Part shown: in pieces, positions 1-9,627 of the stretch
How the letters are laid out: every line of letters starts with the position of its first letter
Numbering within the stretch: position 1 is the first letter of the stretch
From: an uncultured bacterium
Lineage (GTDB): Bacteria; Auribacterota; JACPWU01
Assembly (NCBI GenBank): GCA_964640155.1
Contig: CAZXEQ010000006.1
Location: forward strand, 39,013-71,012
DNA: 32,000 nt
Direction: 5' to 3'
Position numbers and translations under genes: made by a program
Notes under the pieces: generated by a model
Seen by the model: only the letters and a program-made list of their open reading frames with translations
Told to the model about the DNA's origin: nothing
Databases searched by the model: none

Positions 1-2
1 AA

Positions 3-953
3 ATGTTTCTCAACAATCCTCTTAACCTAGGGAACATCTCTGGAAAAACCGATTGTCTTTTTATGATTAAACCTTCTTATCTTTATCAAGTGTATGGACA
101 AGATCTTTCTTCTTTAAAGGAAAAAATAAAACCTATTCTAGAGAAAAATCAAAAATGGCTTCCGCCGATGATTCAATTCTTAGAAAATCAGGCTCAAAAA
201 ACTCCAAAGATGAAATTAAATCTCACACTTAACGAAAAAAATTTAGAAATCAAAGTTGTTTTTCAACCAGATGCATCCTCTCCTTCTTCCGTCGCTCCTC
301 CTCAAACTTCTATTCCAAAATCCCTACCTAACACTTGTATGAGCATGTTGAATGGATATTTAACTCCCTCGGAGCAATTGCTACAAAACATGCAATTAGG
401 ACAGAATCCTCAAACCCAAAGCCTTCTTCAAGATTATTTTCAGCACATTGAAGGTCTTTTAAAACTATACACTTTTAGCGTCATAGACCAAAAAACAGCA
501 TTTTTAATCAATCTCTCTCCTAAAAAAGGTGGAGAAGCAGCCCATCATAAACTGAGTCGCCTTCTTCAAGAGGGATATACTGCACAAATAAAAACACAAG
601 GAACAGTAGAAGAGATTCAACTGGAAGGAAAAAAGTTTTACACTATCTTTGATAAAACAAATCAATGGATTGGGATAGGATTTAAATCTCCAGAAAGTTT
701 TAAAACGGCTCTTCTTAATACAACGGACCCATCTTCATCTACAGGATTCGATGAATATACAAAAGCTATTGCTGGATTTCCTCAAGAAGTTTCTTTATTT
801 TTCTATCATCGAACGCAGTCAAATTTCATCGCAGGATATAGCAAGAGAGAAAACAACGGAGCTATTTTGTTTTTGCGCCTGAATGCAAAATCATGGATTG
901 ATACTTTAGCTCAGAAGAAAAAGATGAAAGAAGAGAAGAACGCTGGCAAGTAA
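3..953 (+). CDS. hypothetical protein, C-terminal part (ORF open at the window edge)
   Basis: Uninterrupted frame ending in TAA at 951-953. No upstream stop, so the true start probably lies outside the window. No family motif recognised. Confidence 0.55.
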   Translation: MFLNNPLNLGNISGKTDCLFMIKPSYLYQVYGQDLSSLKEKIKPILEKNQKWLPPMIQFLENQAQKTPKMKLNLTLNEKNLEIKVVFQPDASSPSSVAPPQTSIPKSLPNTCMSMLNGYLTPSEQLLQNMQLGQNPQTQSLLQDYFQHIEGLLKLYTFSVIDQKTAFLINLSPKKGGEAAHHKLSRLLQEGYTAQIKTQGTVEEIQLEGKKFYTIFDKTNQWIGIGFKSPESFKTALLNTTDPSSSTGFDEYTKAIAGFPQEVSLFFYHRTQSNFIAGYSKRENNGAILFLRLNAKSWIDTLAQKKKMKEEKNAGK

Positions 954-960
954 TCCAAAA

Positions 961-1082
961 AACCTCTCAAAAAGGTCCCAGGTGCAAGGCGCTTGCAAGC
1001 GACCGCGGAGGTGTACGTTTGATGGTACACCGCACAAGGGAGCGCAGTAAGGAACGTAGCAGATGGGCCTTTTTCAGAGGTT
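961..1082. repeat. GC-rich palindromic element R1, copy 1 (122 bp) with imperfect terminal inverted repeats
   Basis: Ends are AACCTCTCAAAAAGGTCCCA ... TGGGCCTTTTTCAGAGGTT. It is near-identical to 18519-18667. It fills the gap between convergent genes and abuts the pepA stop codon (1083-1085). It is visibly more GC-rich than the flanks. Confidence 0.85.
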
Positions 1083-2558
1083 TTACTTTTTCAAATCGCG
1101 AATCATTCTGGTTAGCAGTCGAACCCCAATCCCCGTTGCCCCTTTCACACAATAAGGTCTCTTCTCATCAGCCCAGGCTGTCCCAGCAATATCGAGATGG
1201 GCCCATGGAAAATTGACAAATTGCTTTAAGAACATGGCTGCGGTAATTGTTCCAGCTCCGCGAGAACCTACATTTTTAATTTCTCCCACATCGCCTTTAA
1301 TTTGATCAAAATATTCATCCCATAAAGGAAGCTGCCACGCACGTTCACCAGAATTTTCTCCCGCCTCCTTAATGAGATTAATCACTTTGTCATCATTTCC
1401 CATTAAACCAATCGCAAGTTGGCCTAGAGCAACGACACAAGCCCCGGTCAAAGTGGCCAAATCTACAACCATTTTAGGTTTATAGCGTTGGGCGTAAAAA
1501 AGACCATCCCCCAATAAAAGCCTTCCTTCCGCATCGGTATTTAAAACCTCCACGCTTTTTCCAGAACCCATCCAAATGACATCTCCTGGTCGCACCGCTG
1601 TTCCACTTGGCATATTCTCCGCAGCTGGAATAATCCCAACAATATGAGTTTTAAGTCCTAATTTTGCTACTGCACGCAAAATACCTGCCACAGCAGCTCC
1701 TCCAGCCATATCGTATTTCATTTTTTCCATGCCATCACTGGGTTTAATCGAAATACCTCCACTGTCAAAGGTTACACCCTTACCTACAAAAGCAAAATCA
1801 ACAGGAGATTTGGTATTCCCATATTCCAAAACGATGAATCGAGGTTCTTCAGCACTCCCCTGGGAAACGGCAAGAATCCCCCCCATTTTCATTTTTTGAA
1901 GTGCTTTTTTATCAAAAGCCTTAAAAGAAATCCCACATTCTTTGGCCATTTTTGAAATTCGATCGGCCAAAACACGAGGAGGAAGTTCATTCGCAGGACT
2001 ATTTACAAGATCTCTTGCGAAATTGACACTTTCAGCAACAACTTGGCCCATTTCAATAGCCTTTTCAATGCGAGACGAATTCAAATCATGAAAAGAAAGA
2101 AAACAAGTTTTTAATGCTCGTTTTTTAGAAGATGCTGGTTTAAAACAATCATATCGATAAAGGGCCAGATCTATAGTTTCAGTTACTACTTCAGCCAAAC
2201 TCTCTTCAGATACTGCCGTTATACAAAAAGAATCCATCAAAAATTCAACATTTTCAAAACTCTTAGATGTTAAATCCATAATACGCCCCACCGTCTGGCG
2301 TATATTTTCTAGAGAAGGCTCCTTAGGCAAGATTACAACATAAAGAACATTCCCTTTTTCCAGATCAAAACTCATGACATCATTTTTCTTAAATGAAAAT
2401 TTTTTTCGAAAAAGAAATCTTTCAACTCTCTGACGAAGCGAACTATCTAAAAAATCCTTCAAAGAATCTAAGTTTTTTGATTCTTCTCTTAAGCCAACAA
2501 CAAAAGCTTGATTCTCGCCTTTTAAAGTTTTTTCTGTTTTTTTACATAAAATTTGCAT
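1083..2558 (-). CDS. pepA: leucyl aminopeptidase (peptidase M17)
   Basis: 491-aa ORF with the M17 signatures NTDAEGRLLL, VGKGVTFDSGG and KYDMAGGAAV. Confidence 0.95.
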   Translation of the reverse strand: MQILCKKTEKTLKGENQAFVVGLREESKNLDSLKDFLDSSLRQRVERFLFRKKFSFKKNDVMSFDLEKGNVLYVVILPKEPSLENIRQTVGRIMDLTSKSFENVEFLMDSFCITAVSEESLAEVVTETIDLALYRYDCFKPASSKKRALKTCFLSFHDLNSSRIEKAIEMGQVVAESVNFARDLVNSPANELPPRVLADRISKMAKECGISFKAFDKKALQKMKMGGILAVSQGSAEEPRFIVLEYGNTKSPVDFAFVGKGVTFDSGGISIKPSDGMEKMKYDMAGGAAVAGILRAVAKLGLKTHIVGIIPAAENMPSGTAVRPGDVIWMGSGKSVEVLNTDAEGRLLLGDGLFYAQRYKPKMVVDLATLTGACVVALGQLAIGLMGNDDKVINLIKEAGENSGERAWQLPLWDEYFDQIKGDVGEIKNVGSRGAGTITAAMFLKQFVNFPWAHLDIAGTAWADEKRPYCVKGATGIGVRLLTRMIRDLKK

Positions 2559-2868
2559 GATTAAATTCCTTCTTAATTAATAAATGTTTTTTATAAATAA
2601 CATTATGATTTACTCTTAAAACTAAAATGGACTTCTTCAGGGTATAAAATTCTCTTGCTTTCGTATATATATTTTATAGAATGTGCACGTTTCTTTCTCA
2701 ACTCTTATTTGCTTATTTTCAATCAAGATGAGCAAATCTTTTCAAAGAGAGTTAAAAGAAACAATTCTTTTCCAGCCTAAATGATTTTCCAAATTATTTA
2801 TGGCATAAATCTTGCTTCGATAGCAAACGCTAGAAAAGCAAGTTATGAACACTTAAAAGGAGGGGGTA

Positions 2869-4140
2869 ATGAGGAAGTTATTTTTAATGTTGGCAGTAGT
2901 TACAGCTCTTACCTGTACTGAGTCTCGCTCTGCTTGGTCTCAAGTAGATGAAGAAGCTCTGATGCAGAAGTTAGAGACGTTAGAAAATAAAGTTAAAGAG
3001 TTGGAAGCACAATTGGGTGGTGAAGCAGTCGTTAGTGCTGATGATAAAGCACCTATTGTCGGAGGCATTGAAATCAGCGGAGGTATTTCAACAAACTCTG
3101 TTTGGAATTTTGATTCTCCAGATAGTGGTTCTAATGGCTTAAGGGTATTTGATACAGACTCAAATTCAGCAGGAGTTGATATTGTTGAAGTTGCTCTTGC
3201 CAAGAATTCTGAATCAGGACTTGGAGGTCGTATTGACCTTAATTTCCTTAAAACAGCCGGAGTCATTGCTTCAGCAGGAACAGACAGTGATGATTTCGAT
3301 GTTCAACAGGCCTATATCACTTACACATCTCCACTGAGTTTCCCATGTGAAGGTTTATCAATTAAGCTTGGAAAATTCGTCACTCCTTTGGGCGCTGAAG
3401 TTATTGAGCCTTGGGATAACTGGAATTTTTCTCGTTCACTTCTTTTTGGATATGCAATTCCTTTTACGCATGTAGGTATTACAGTATCCAAAAGCTTTAC
3501 AGATTATCTCAGTCTTACCGCTGGTGTGGTAAACGGTTGGGATAATGTTTCCGATAACAATGATGGAAAAAGTTTTCTGGGTAATGTAACACTTGGACCA
3601 TGGGAATGGTTTACTTTGGGCATCAATGGTATCGTCGGTCCAGAGCAAGCAGATGAAAATGGTAATGTTCGCGGGGTTCTTGACCTTGTTTTAACAGCCA
3701 AGCCTACTCCGATCCCACAGTTAACCTTGATGTTTAACTATGATTACGGAACGGAAAGTGATGTTCCTTCATTTGAAGATCACACCACTATTACAACGAG
3801 TACCATCACAGGCTTCAGCGACATTTCTACAGAGACTGTGCAAGTGGGTGCATCTGATGCTACATGGCAAGGTTTTGCAGGATATGCCAAGTATGACTTC
3901 ACAGATCGTTTGTATGCAGCCATCCGTGGTGAATGGTTCAGTGATGAAGATGGTGCACGAACAGGAACTTCTCAAGATTTATGGGAAATTACTGTAACAG
4001 GAGCTTATATGTTTGTCGAAGGACTTTGGGGTCGTTTAGAATATCGTCATGATGATTCTAATGCTACACCTTTCCTCGATGGTGATTCAGCAACTGATAC
4101 ACAGAACACCATTTCTACAGAAGTACTTTATATATTCTAG
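2869..4140 (+). CDS. outer-membrane beta-barrel porin-like protein
   Basis: Strong SD (aaaGGAGGGGGtaATG). Signal peptide MRKLFLMLAVVTALT, N-terminal coiled-coil segment, alternating beta-strand-like pattern, and a C-terminal aromatic end (...EVLYIF) typical of OM barrels. Confidence 0.8.
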   Translation: MRKLFLMLAVVTALTCTESRSAWSQVDEEALMQKLETLENKVKELEAQLGGEAVVSADDKAPIVGGIEISGGISTNSVWNFDSPDSGSNGLRVFDTDSNSAGVDIVEVALAKNSESGLGGRIDLNFLKTAGVIASAGTDSDDFDVQQAYITYTSPLSFPCEGLSIKLGKFVTPLGAEVIEPWDNWNFSRSLLFGYAIPFTHVGITVSKSFTDYLSLTAGVVNGWDNVSDNNDGKSFLGNVTLGPWEWFTLGINGIVGPEQADENGNVRGVLDLVLTAKPTPIPQLTLMFNYDYGTESDVPSFEDHTTITTSTITGFSDISTETVQVGASDATWQGFAGYAKYDFTDRLYAAIRGEWFSDEDGARTGTSQDLWEITVTGAYMFVEGLWGRLEYRHDDSNATPFLDGDSATDTQNTISTEVLYIF

Positions 4141-4165
4141 TTTTTCTAGAATATTTTTTACAAAA

Positions 4166-4199
4166 GCGGTCCCGATGTCATGTCGGGGCCGCTTTTTTT
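4166..4199 (+). terminator. Rho-independent terminator of the porin-like gene
   Basis: 10-bp stem GCGGTCCCGA/TCGGGGCCGC (one G-U pair), 7-nt loop, then T7 (4193-4199). It starts 26 nt after the stop codon. Confidence 0.8.
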
Positions 4200-4241
4200 G
4201 TTTGATGAATTTAGAAAGATCTGTTAGCCTCATTCAATTCT

Positions 4242-5762
4242 ATGAATCCTTATCGTCCTGAAGAAGAAAATGAATTTCAAAATAACCGCTCTCAAAATTC
4301 CCTTTCATTTAATTGGCTTAGTTTATTCAGTATCGTTCCCATTCTTGTTTTAGCACTGCTCGCCTGGGGTTGGTTTTTTTGTCGCATTGAACCCGGCTCT
4401 GGTGAAATTGCTATTTTGATTCGTAAGACGGGAAAAGATTTGCCTTCTGGAGAAATAATTGCCACTGAACCTCATCAAAAAGGCATTCAGGTCAATGTTC
4501 TGGCTGAAGGACGCTATTTTAGAAATCCTTATACCTGGCAATGGAAGATTGAAAAAATCACAGATATTCCTGCTGGGAAATTAGGGGTTATGATACGACA
4601 ATTTGGTAAAGACCTTCCTCAAGGTCGTATCATTGCCGAAGAAGGAGAAAAAGGAACGATTGCTGAAATTTTAAGACCTGGAAAATATAGAATTAATCCC
4701 TATGCCTATCATGTTTACCTTTTTGATGCCATTGCCATTCCCCCAGGATATGTCGGTATTGTCACCAATCTCATAGGTAAAGATATTCTTTTTGGAGAAA
4801 GTCCGGAATCAAAGAACACATTTTTAGTCAAACCAGGTGAAAAAGGAGTTCAATCCGAAGCTTTAGATCCTGGAACTTATTATTTAAATCCTTATTTGGT
4901 ACAAGTTACTGAAGTAAATCTTCAATCGCAACGATTTGATTTTAGTGGAAAAGATTCTATCAATTTTCTTTCTTTTGATGGATTTCCTATCACAATTGAA
5001 GGAACCATTGAATGGGCCATTCAACGTGAGAATGCTAGCATGATCACTGTGCGTGTTGGAGATCTAGATGATATTCTTAACAAAATCATTTTGCCACGTG
5101 CTCGAGGATTTAGCCGAATTGAAGGATCGAAAAAATTTGCTGCTGAATATATTTCTGGAAAAACACGTCAAGAATTTCAGGATAGCCTCTTTAAACATTT
5201 AAAAGATACTTGTGAAGAACGAGGCGTTAAAATCCTTTCAACCCTCATTCGCAACATTTTACCACCTCAAGAAATTGCAGGCCCCACACGTGAGAAAGAA
5301 ATTGCTGTCCAAGATCGAAAAAAATATGAACAACAAATCTTTGAAGCTCAATCGGCTGCCGAGTTAGAAAAACAGGAACAACTTGCGATTCAAAACAAGG
5401 AAAAAGTTGAACAAGAAACAGTCAAAATCAGAGCTTTAATTCAAATACAGCAAGGACAGCAAGTCCGGCTCACCGAAGCAAATCGAAATCTTGAAGTGGC
5501 GAAAATAAGAAATCAATCTGCTGACTTTAAAGTACAGGCTAAAACGTCTAAAGCTCAAGCCCAAAGAGACGTCATTCATTTGACAAATCTTGCGAACTCT
5601 AAAGTCATTCAAAATTATGTAAACGCTTTTGGTTCAGGCTGGAGTTATGCCCAATATATTTTCGCAAAAAACTTTGGACCTAAGGTTCAGTTTATTTTTG
5701 CAAGTGAGGAAAGCAGTTTGGGAAATATTTTTGATGAATTTTCAAAGGAACATGTAAAGTAA
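4242..5762 (+). CDS. SPFH/Band-7 domain membrane protein with C-terminal coiled coil
   Basis: N-terminal TM helix (LSLFSIVPILVLALLAWGWFF). Three internal repeats of about 55 aa (GKDLPxGxIIA..KG..L.PG.Y..NPY...IP.G). SPFH-like core, then a Gln/Glu/Lys-rich coiled coil. Confidence 0.8.
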   Translation: MNPYRPEEENEFQNNRSQNSLSFNWLSLFSIVPILVLALLAWGWFFCRIEPGSGEIAILIRKTGKDLPSGEIIATEPHQKGIQVNVLAEGRYFRNPYTWQWKIEKITDIPAGKLGVMIRQFGKDLPQGRIIAEEGEKGTIAEILRPGKYRINPYAYHVYLFDAIAIPPGYVGIVTNLIGKDILFGESPESKNTFLVKPGEKGVQSEALDPGTYYLNPYLVQVTEVNLQSQRFDFSGKDSINFLSFDGFPITIEGTIEWAIQRENASMITVRVGDLDDILNKIILPRARGFSRIEGSKKFAAEYISGKTRQEFQDSLFKHLKDTCEERGVKILSTLIRNILPPQEIAGPTREKEIAVQDRKKYEQQIFEAQSAAELEKQEQLAIQNKEKVEQETVKIRALIQIQQGQQVRLTEANRNLEVAKIRNQSADFKVQAKTSKAQAQRDVIHLTNLANSKVIQNYVNAFGSGWSYAQYIFAKNFGPKVQFIFASEESSLGNIFDEFSKEHVK

Positions 5763-7297
5763 TGATGAAAAAACTTGGGCCTATTTTTACACTTATTGTC
5801 GTTTTGGTTGGAGCATGGCTTGTTTGGCAATGGGGATTTTGCCGATTTTATGTACCACCCAATCACATGGCTATCTTAATATCAAAATCTGGAAAACCTC
5901 TTGAACCAGGGCAGATTCTTGCAAGAAAAGGCCAACGAGGTATTTTACTAGATGTTTTAAGTGAAGGGCGTCATTTTAGAAATCCTCTTTTTTATGAATG
6001 GAAAATCACGCCCGTCACCATCATTCCCCCAGGCAAAATTGGCATTGTGACTTCAAAAGTAGGAACAGATTTGCCTACAGGTGAATTTTTAGCAGATGAA
6101 GGGCAAAAAGGAATTTGGAGAAAAATCCTAGGACCTGGGAAATATCGTTTAAATCCTGAAGGATTCAATATTGATGTTGTAGATGCCCTTACCATTCCTA
6201 TTGGATACGTCGGAGTCATTACTTCGTTGGATGGGAAGGCTCCTACACACGGAACTTTTACACAAGCCGGAGAGCGTGGCGTTCGAAAAGATGTTTTACA
6301 ACCTGGCCTTTATTACATTAATCCCAAACAATTTAAAGTTGATGCTGTCGAAATAGGAATTAATCAGATCTCACTTCTCGAAGAAGCAGAAAGAGGACAA
6401 AGTCAAATTTTAAGTGGAAAAAATATTGAATTTCCTTCAAGCGATGGATTTGAAATTAAAATGGACACCACTGTGGAATTTGAACTATTGCCCGAGCATA
6501 TCTCGGCAACTTTTTCAAAATATGGAAATCTCGATGCTGTAGTTCATAAAATCATTCTTCCTCAAATTCTCTCCATTTCAAGGTTGAAAGGTTCAGCCTA
6601 TGGAGCAAGAGATTTTATTGTAGGAGAAGGACGCGAGAAGTTCCAAAGCGAATTCACTCAAGAATTAGAAGAAGTATTAAAAGAAAAAAACATTGAAATC
6701 CGATCTGCCTTAATCCGACATGTCACCGTCCCTGATCAAATTTTAAACCCTATTCAGCAAGCCAGTATTGCCCAAACTCGAAATTTAACAAATATAGAAA
6801 GACAAACAACGGCTAAAAAGCTTGCTGAACTCAATACAGAAAAAAGCTTAATTGATCAAAGACGAGAACAAATCCAACAAGAAACCATTAAGCTAAAAGC
6901 TGAAATCAAGGCGGATCAAGACAAGGAAGTTGCTCAAATCAATGCTGAAACTGAACGACAGGTTTCTGAAATTGAAAAAGAAACAGCGTTGATTCAAGCA
7001 GAGATCACTCGAAAACTTGGGAAAGTTGATGCTGATATTATTCAAATGATTGGAGAAGCAAGGGCTGAAGGTTTTAAATTAAAAGTAGAAGCCTTTAAAG
7101 ATCCTAAGGCCTATTCTTATTATGTCCTCTCTCGTCGATTACCTAAAGATCTCAAAATAGTCATCGCCCATGCTGGACCTGGAACTCTTTGGACAGATCT
7201 TGATAAATCGATCACAGGTCCTTTGCCTGGATTAAATACAGTTAAGAAAACCCAATCTCTTACCATCACTCCTTCAGGGATTAAAGTTTCAGAATAA
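5762..7297 (+). CDS. SPFH/Band-7 domain membrane protein, tandem paralog
   Basis: Same architecture and repeat motif as 4242-5762. Its start overlaps the upstream stop (TAATG), suggesting translational coupling. Confidence 0.8.
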   Translation: MMKKLGPIFTLIVVLVGAWLVWQWGFCRFYVPPNHMAILISKSGKPLEPGQILARKGQRGILLDVLSEGRHFRNPLFYEWKITPVTIIPPGKIGIVTSKVGTDLPTGEFLADEGQKGIWRKILGPGKYRLNPEGFNIDVVDALTIPIGYVGVITSLDGKAPTHGTFTQAGERGVRKDVLQPGLYYINPKQFKVDAVEIGINQISLLEEAERGQSQILSGKNIEFPSSDGFEIKMDTTVEFELLPEHISATFSKYGNLDAVVHKIILPQILSISRLKGSAYGARDFIVGEGREKFQSEFTQELEEVLKEKNIEIRSALIRHVTVPDQILNPIQQASIAQTRNLTNIERQTTAKKLAELNTEKSLIDQRREQIQQETIKLKAEIKADQDKEVAQINAETERQVSEIEKETALIQAEITRKLGKVDADIIQMIGEARAEGFKLKVEAFKDPKAYSYYVLSRRLPKDLKIVIAHAGPGTLWTDLDKSITGPLPGLNTVKKTQSLTITPSGIKVSE

Positions 7298-7404
7298 TTT
7301 TCACTTTTTTCGTTCCAAAAATCCTTGCTTTATCAGACGAACTGACTTACTCTGAAATTGTTTAAACTTATCCATCATCAAAAAAACTCTTAAACTACTT
7401 AGCT

Positions 7405-7896
7405 ATGAAAAACGCAAAAATAAATTCATTGATGCTTATTCCTCAAATTGGCCAATATGTTGTTATCTTAGAGGCCATTGAAGATCAAAGACTGGTTCCT
7501 ATTTGGATTGGAGCAAGTGAAGGCAGTTCTATTGCCTTACAATTACAAGGGACGGAACTTCCCCGCCCCATCACTCACGACTTACTTGTAAACTTGTTTA
7601 AACTCTTTGAAGTAACACTGATTCGAGTCATCGTCTCTGATTTAAGAGACAATACTTATTACGCCATTATAGAAGCAGAAAAGGATGGGAAACTCTATTC
7701 GATTGACTCCCGACCCTCGGATGCTATTGCGGTCGCCGTTCGCGCTAAAATACCTATTTTGATTGATGAAAAAGTTTTGGAAAAATGTCCTAGGATTGAA
7801 CGTCCTATCAGCGACGAAGATGTTGAAAAGTTCAAGAATGAACTTCAGAATATGAGTCCAGAAGAATTTTTCAAACGCTTGGAAAAACCAGAATAA
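7405..7896 (+). CDS. bifunctional nuclease family protein (DUF151/BFN domain)
   Basis: 163 aa. Motifs PIWIG..EG..I, RPITHDL and DSRPSDAIAVAVR are typical of DUF151 nucleases. Confidence 0.8.
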   Translation: MKNAKINSLMLIPQIGQYVVILEAIEDQRLVPIWIGASEGSSIALQLQGTELPRPITHDLLVNLFKLFEVTLIRVIVSDLRDNTYYAIIEAEKDGKLYSIDSRPSDAIAVAVRAKIPILIDEKVLEKCPRIERPISDEDVEKFKNELQNMSPEEFFKRLEKPE

Positions 7897-7902
7897 ATAA
7901 TT

Positions 7903-8598
7903 TTAGTTTGCTTGCCACACTCTCCAAAGACGAGAATAAATATGTTGTGCCGTTTTTTCTAAATTTGACATATAAATGTTCGTCTCTTTCAAAATTTTTT
8001 CTCTATCAATTTTTTCCTCTTCATAAATTTTTACCCAATCTTGAATCATGTCAGAAGTGATTTCGACATGAAACTGTAAAGCATAAATTTTTGTGCCAAT
8101 TCTAAAAGCTTGATGATGGAAAAGCTCAGAAGACGCTAAATGCAAAGCCCCCAATGGAATGTCAAAAGCATCTCCATGCCATTGAAAAATTTTTAATTCT
8201 TGAGGAAGCCCATTAAAGACAGGATCTTTCATGCCTTCATTTGTTAATGCCAAATCAAACCATCCTATTTCTTTTTGAGAACCTGCTTTGACTAAAGCAT
8301 TTGCTGCTCTTGCAATTAATTGTGCTCCAAGACAAACACCTAAGGTTGGAAAATCTTTTTGAATAGCCTCTTTCAAAAGACGTTTTTCATCCTTCAAAAA
8401 AGGATATTTATCTTCTTCATCTACATTCATGGGACCACCCAAACAAATAAGAGCAGAATAATCTTTTAAACTTGAAGGAACTTTATCACCATTGGCCAAT
8501 TGACGATACTCAAAGCAAACTCCTTTACTCTCAAGAAAGGATCCCAAACTCCCAGGACCTTCACATGCGATATGCTGAAGAATTAAAAATTTTTTCAT
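7903..8598 (-). CDS. class-I glutamine amidotransferase (GATase1, GuaA-like stand-alone domain)
   Basis: 231 aa with the nucleophile elbow GVCLGAQL and the QFHVE His/Glu motif. Confidence 0.85.
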   Translation of the reverse strand: MKKFLILQHIACEGPGSLGSFLESKGVCFEYRQLANGDKVPSSLKDYSALICLGGPMNVDEEDKYPFLKDEKRLLKEAIQKDFPTLGVCLGAQLIARAANALVKAGSQKEIGWFDLALTNEGMKDPVFNGLPQELKIFQWHGDAFDIPLGALHLASSELFHHQAFRIGTKIYALQFHVEITSDMIQDWVKIYEEEKIDREKILKETNIYMSNLEKTAQHIYSRLWRVWQAN

Positions 8599-8603
8599 TC
8601 TAG

Positions 8604-9074
8604 TTAAGAGATTTTAGCTGTTCTTTCAAAAGCAGTTAGAATTGAAATGAGTAAGATTAACAACATGCTTTTTTCTAAATCTCCATTAAAAGCATTTTGA
8701 TGATCATGATCTAAAAATGTGTTTAAATATGAAATAAGTGTAGGCTGAGAGCTTTTTTTAAAAGTCCCATTTGAGCTTTCCCAAAGTTTGCGTTCTTTTA
8801 AAAAAGCGTGATAACACACTTGCCACGTAACTCCTGGAATTCTCTTTCCCCATCCTCGAATACAAACTTTCCATAAAAAATAAGCAAGATAAAGGGATAA
8901 TTGCTGAGCTTCTACTTGAAATCCTTCGGTAAACTCATAGAGAAATTGAGTTAAATGAGGTTGTTGGCGTAAAAAACGGTTGGACTCTTCATGCATTTTA
9001 GCGTCATCGTATGTATCTAACTCTTGGAGAATGAGTTCAATGATTTCGCTGGTAATCATCTTCATAGACGACAA
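8604..9074 (-). CDS. hypothetical protein
   Basis: 156-aa ORF, 5 nt upstream of the amidotransferase gene on the same strand. No motif recognised. Confidence 0.6.
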   Translation of the reverse strand: MSSMKMITSEIIELILQELDTYDDAKMHEESNRFLRQQPHLTQFLYEFTEGFQVEAQQLSLYLAYFLWKVCIRGWGKRIPGVTWQVCYHAFLKERKLWESSNGTFKKSSQPTLISYLNTFLDHDHQNAFNGDLEKSMLLILLISILTAFERTAKIS

Positions 9075-9402
9075 TGCCCCATCAGCTAACTTTTCAATTA
9101 TAAAACTTTTTCAACAGCTTCTCAAGATTAAATGGGGACACATCGTACAGACGGATCATCCAACAAAGTGTTTATTAGAAAAAGGGTCCTGCCCAACAAA
9201 TCATGACTCCGATCTTCTCTCGTACACATTCCAGCGACCGTAAAGAGATGATATTTAGCTCTCGTTTGCTAAAGAAAGAGATGAACTTTACAGAGGGGTG
9301 TCTTTTCTTTCGTTGCTTTCACTCAAGCACGATCGCTCATCATTAGGATTCGTTGGTCACCCTAATTAATAATGAGATTTAAAAATCCAGTTTGTCAATT
9401 GC

Positions 9403-9529
9403 CCAATAGAGTGTGAAGACCATTGGAGATCAAGCGAGCATGGAATCCCGATTTATCGGGATAAGCGAGATCTCCGTTGAGTTTGTTTACCTCGCAGGGG
9501 TAAACGAACGTGTCTGAATACTCTATTGG
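9403..9529. repeat. GC-rich palindromic element R3 (127 bp) with terminal inverted repeats
   Basis: Terminal inverted repeats are CCAATAGAGTGTGAAGAC (9403-9420) and GTCTGAATACTCTATTGG (9512-9529). Internal nested hairpins: GGAGATC...GATCTCC enclosing TCCCGAT-TT-ATCGGGA, then GTTTGTTTACC...GGTAAACGAAC. Single copy in this window. Confidence 0.7.
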
Positions 9530-9627
9530 ATAATTTTTCTATGGATATGTCTTTTGTGAATACTATAAAAAGATTTATTTCATCAAACCATCTTGATTCT
9601 TCACAATCACATAGTAGAATCTTAACA

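Noticed and set aside
961-1082. R1 as a known housekeeping RNA (SRP/4.5S RNA, 6S RNA or a tRNA-like gene)
   Set aside because: It lacks the SRP domain IV motif and tRNA cloverleaf features. Its presence in two copies with terminal inverted repeats fits a repeat element better.
967-1216. ORFs 967-1152 (minus, 61 aa) and 1019-1216 (plus, 65 aa)
   Set aside because: They lie in the R1 repeat and overlap the pepA 3' end. The corresponding ORF in the second R1 copy (18499-18681) is in a different frame with unrelated sequence, so the openness is compositional.
2559-2868. The 310-bp divergent intergenic region between pepA and the porin-like gene as a riboswitch or sRNA locus
   Set aside because: It is AT-rich with only weak inverted repeats (for example CTTGCTT...AAGCAAG), and I recognise no conserved riboswitch core. 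It is treated as an ordinary divergent promoter region.
8980-9243. 87-aa ORF on the plus strand
   Set aside because: It overlaps the 5' end of 8604-9074 in antisense and continues into the intergenic region. It has no RBS and no recognisable motif.
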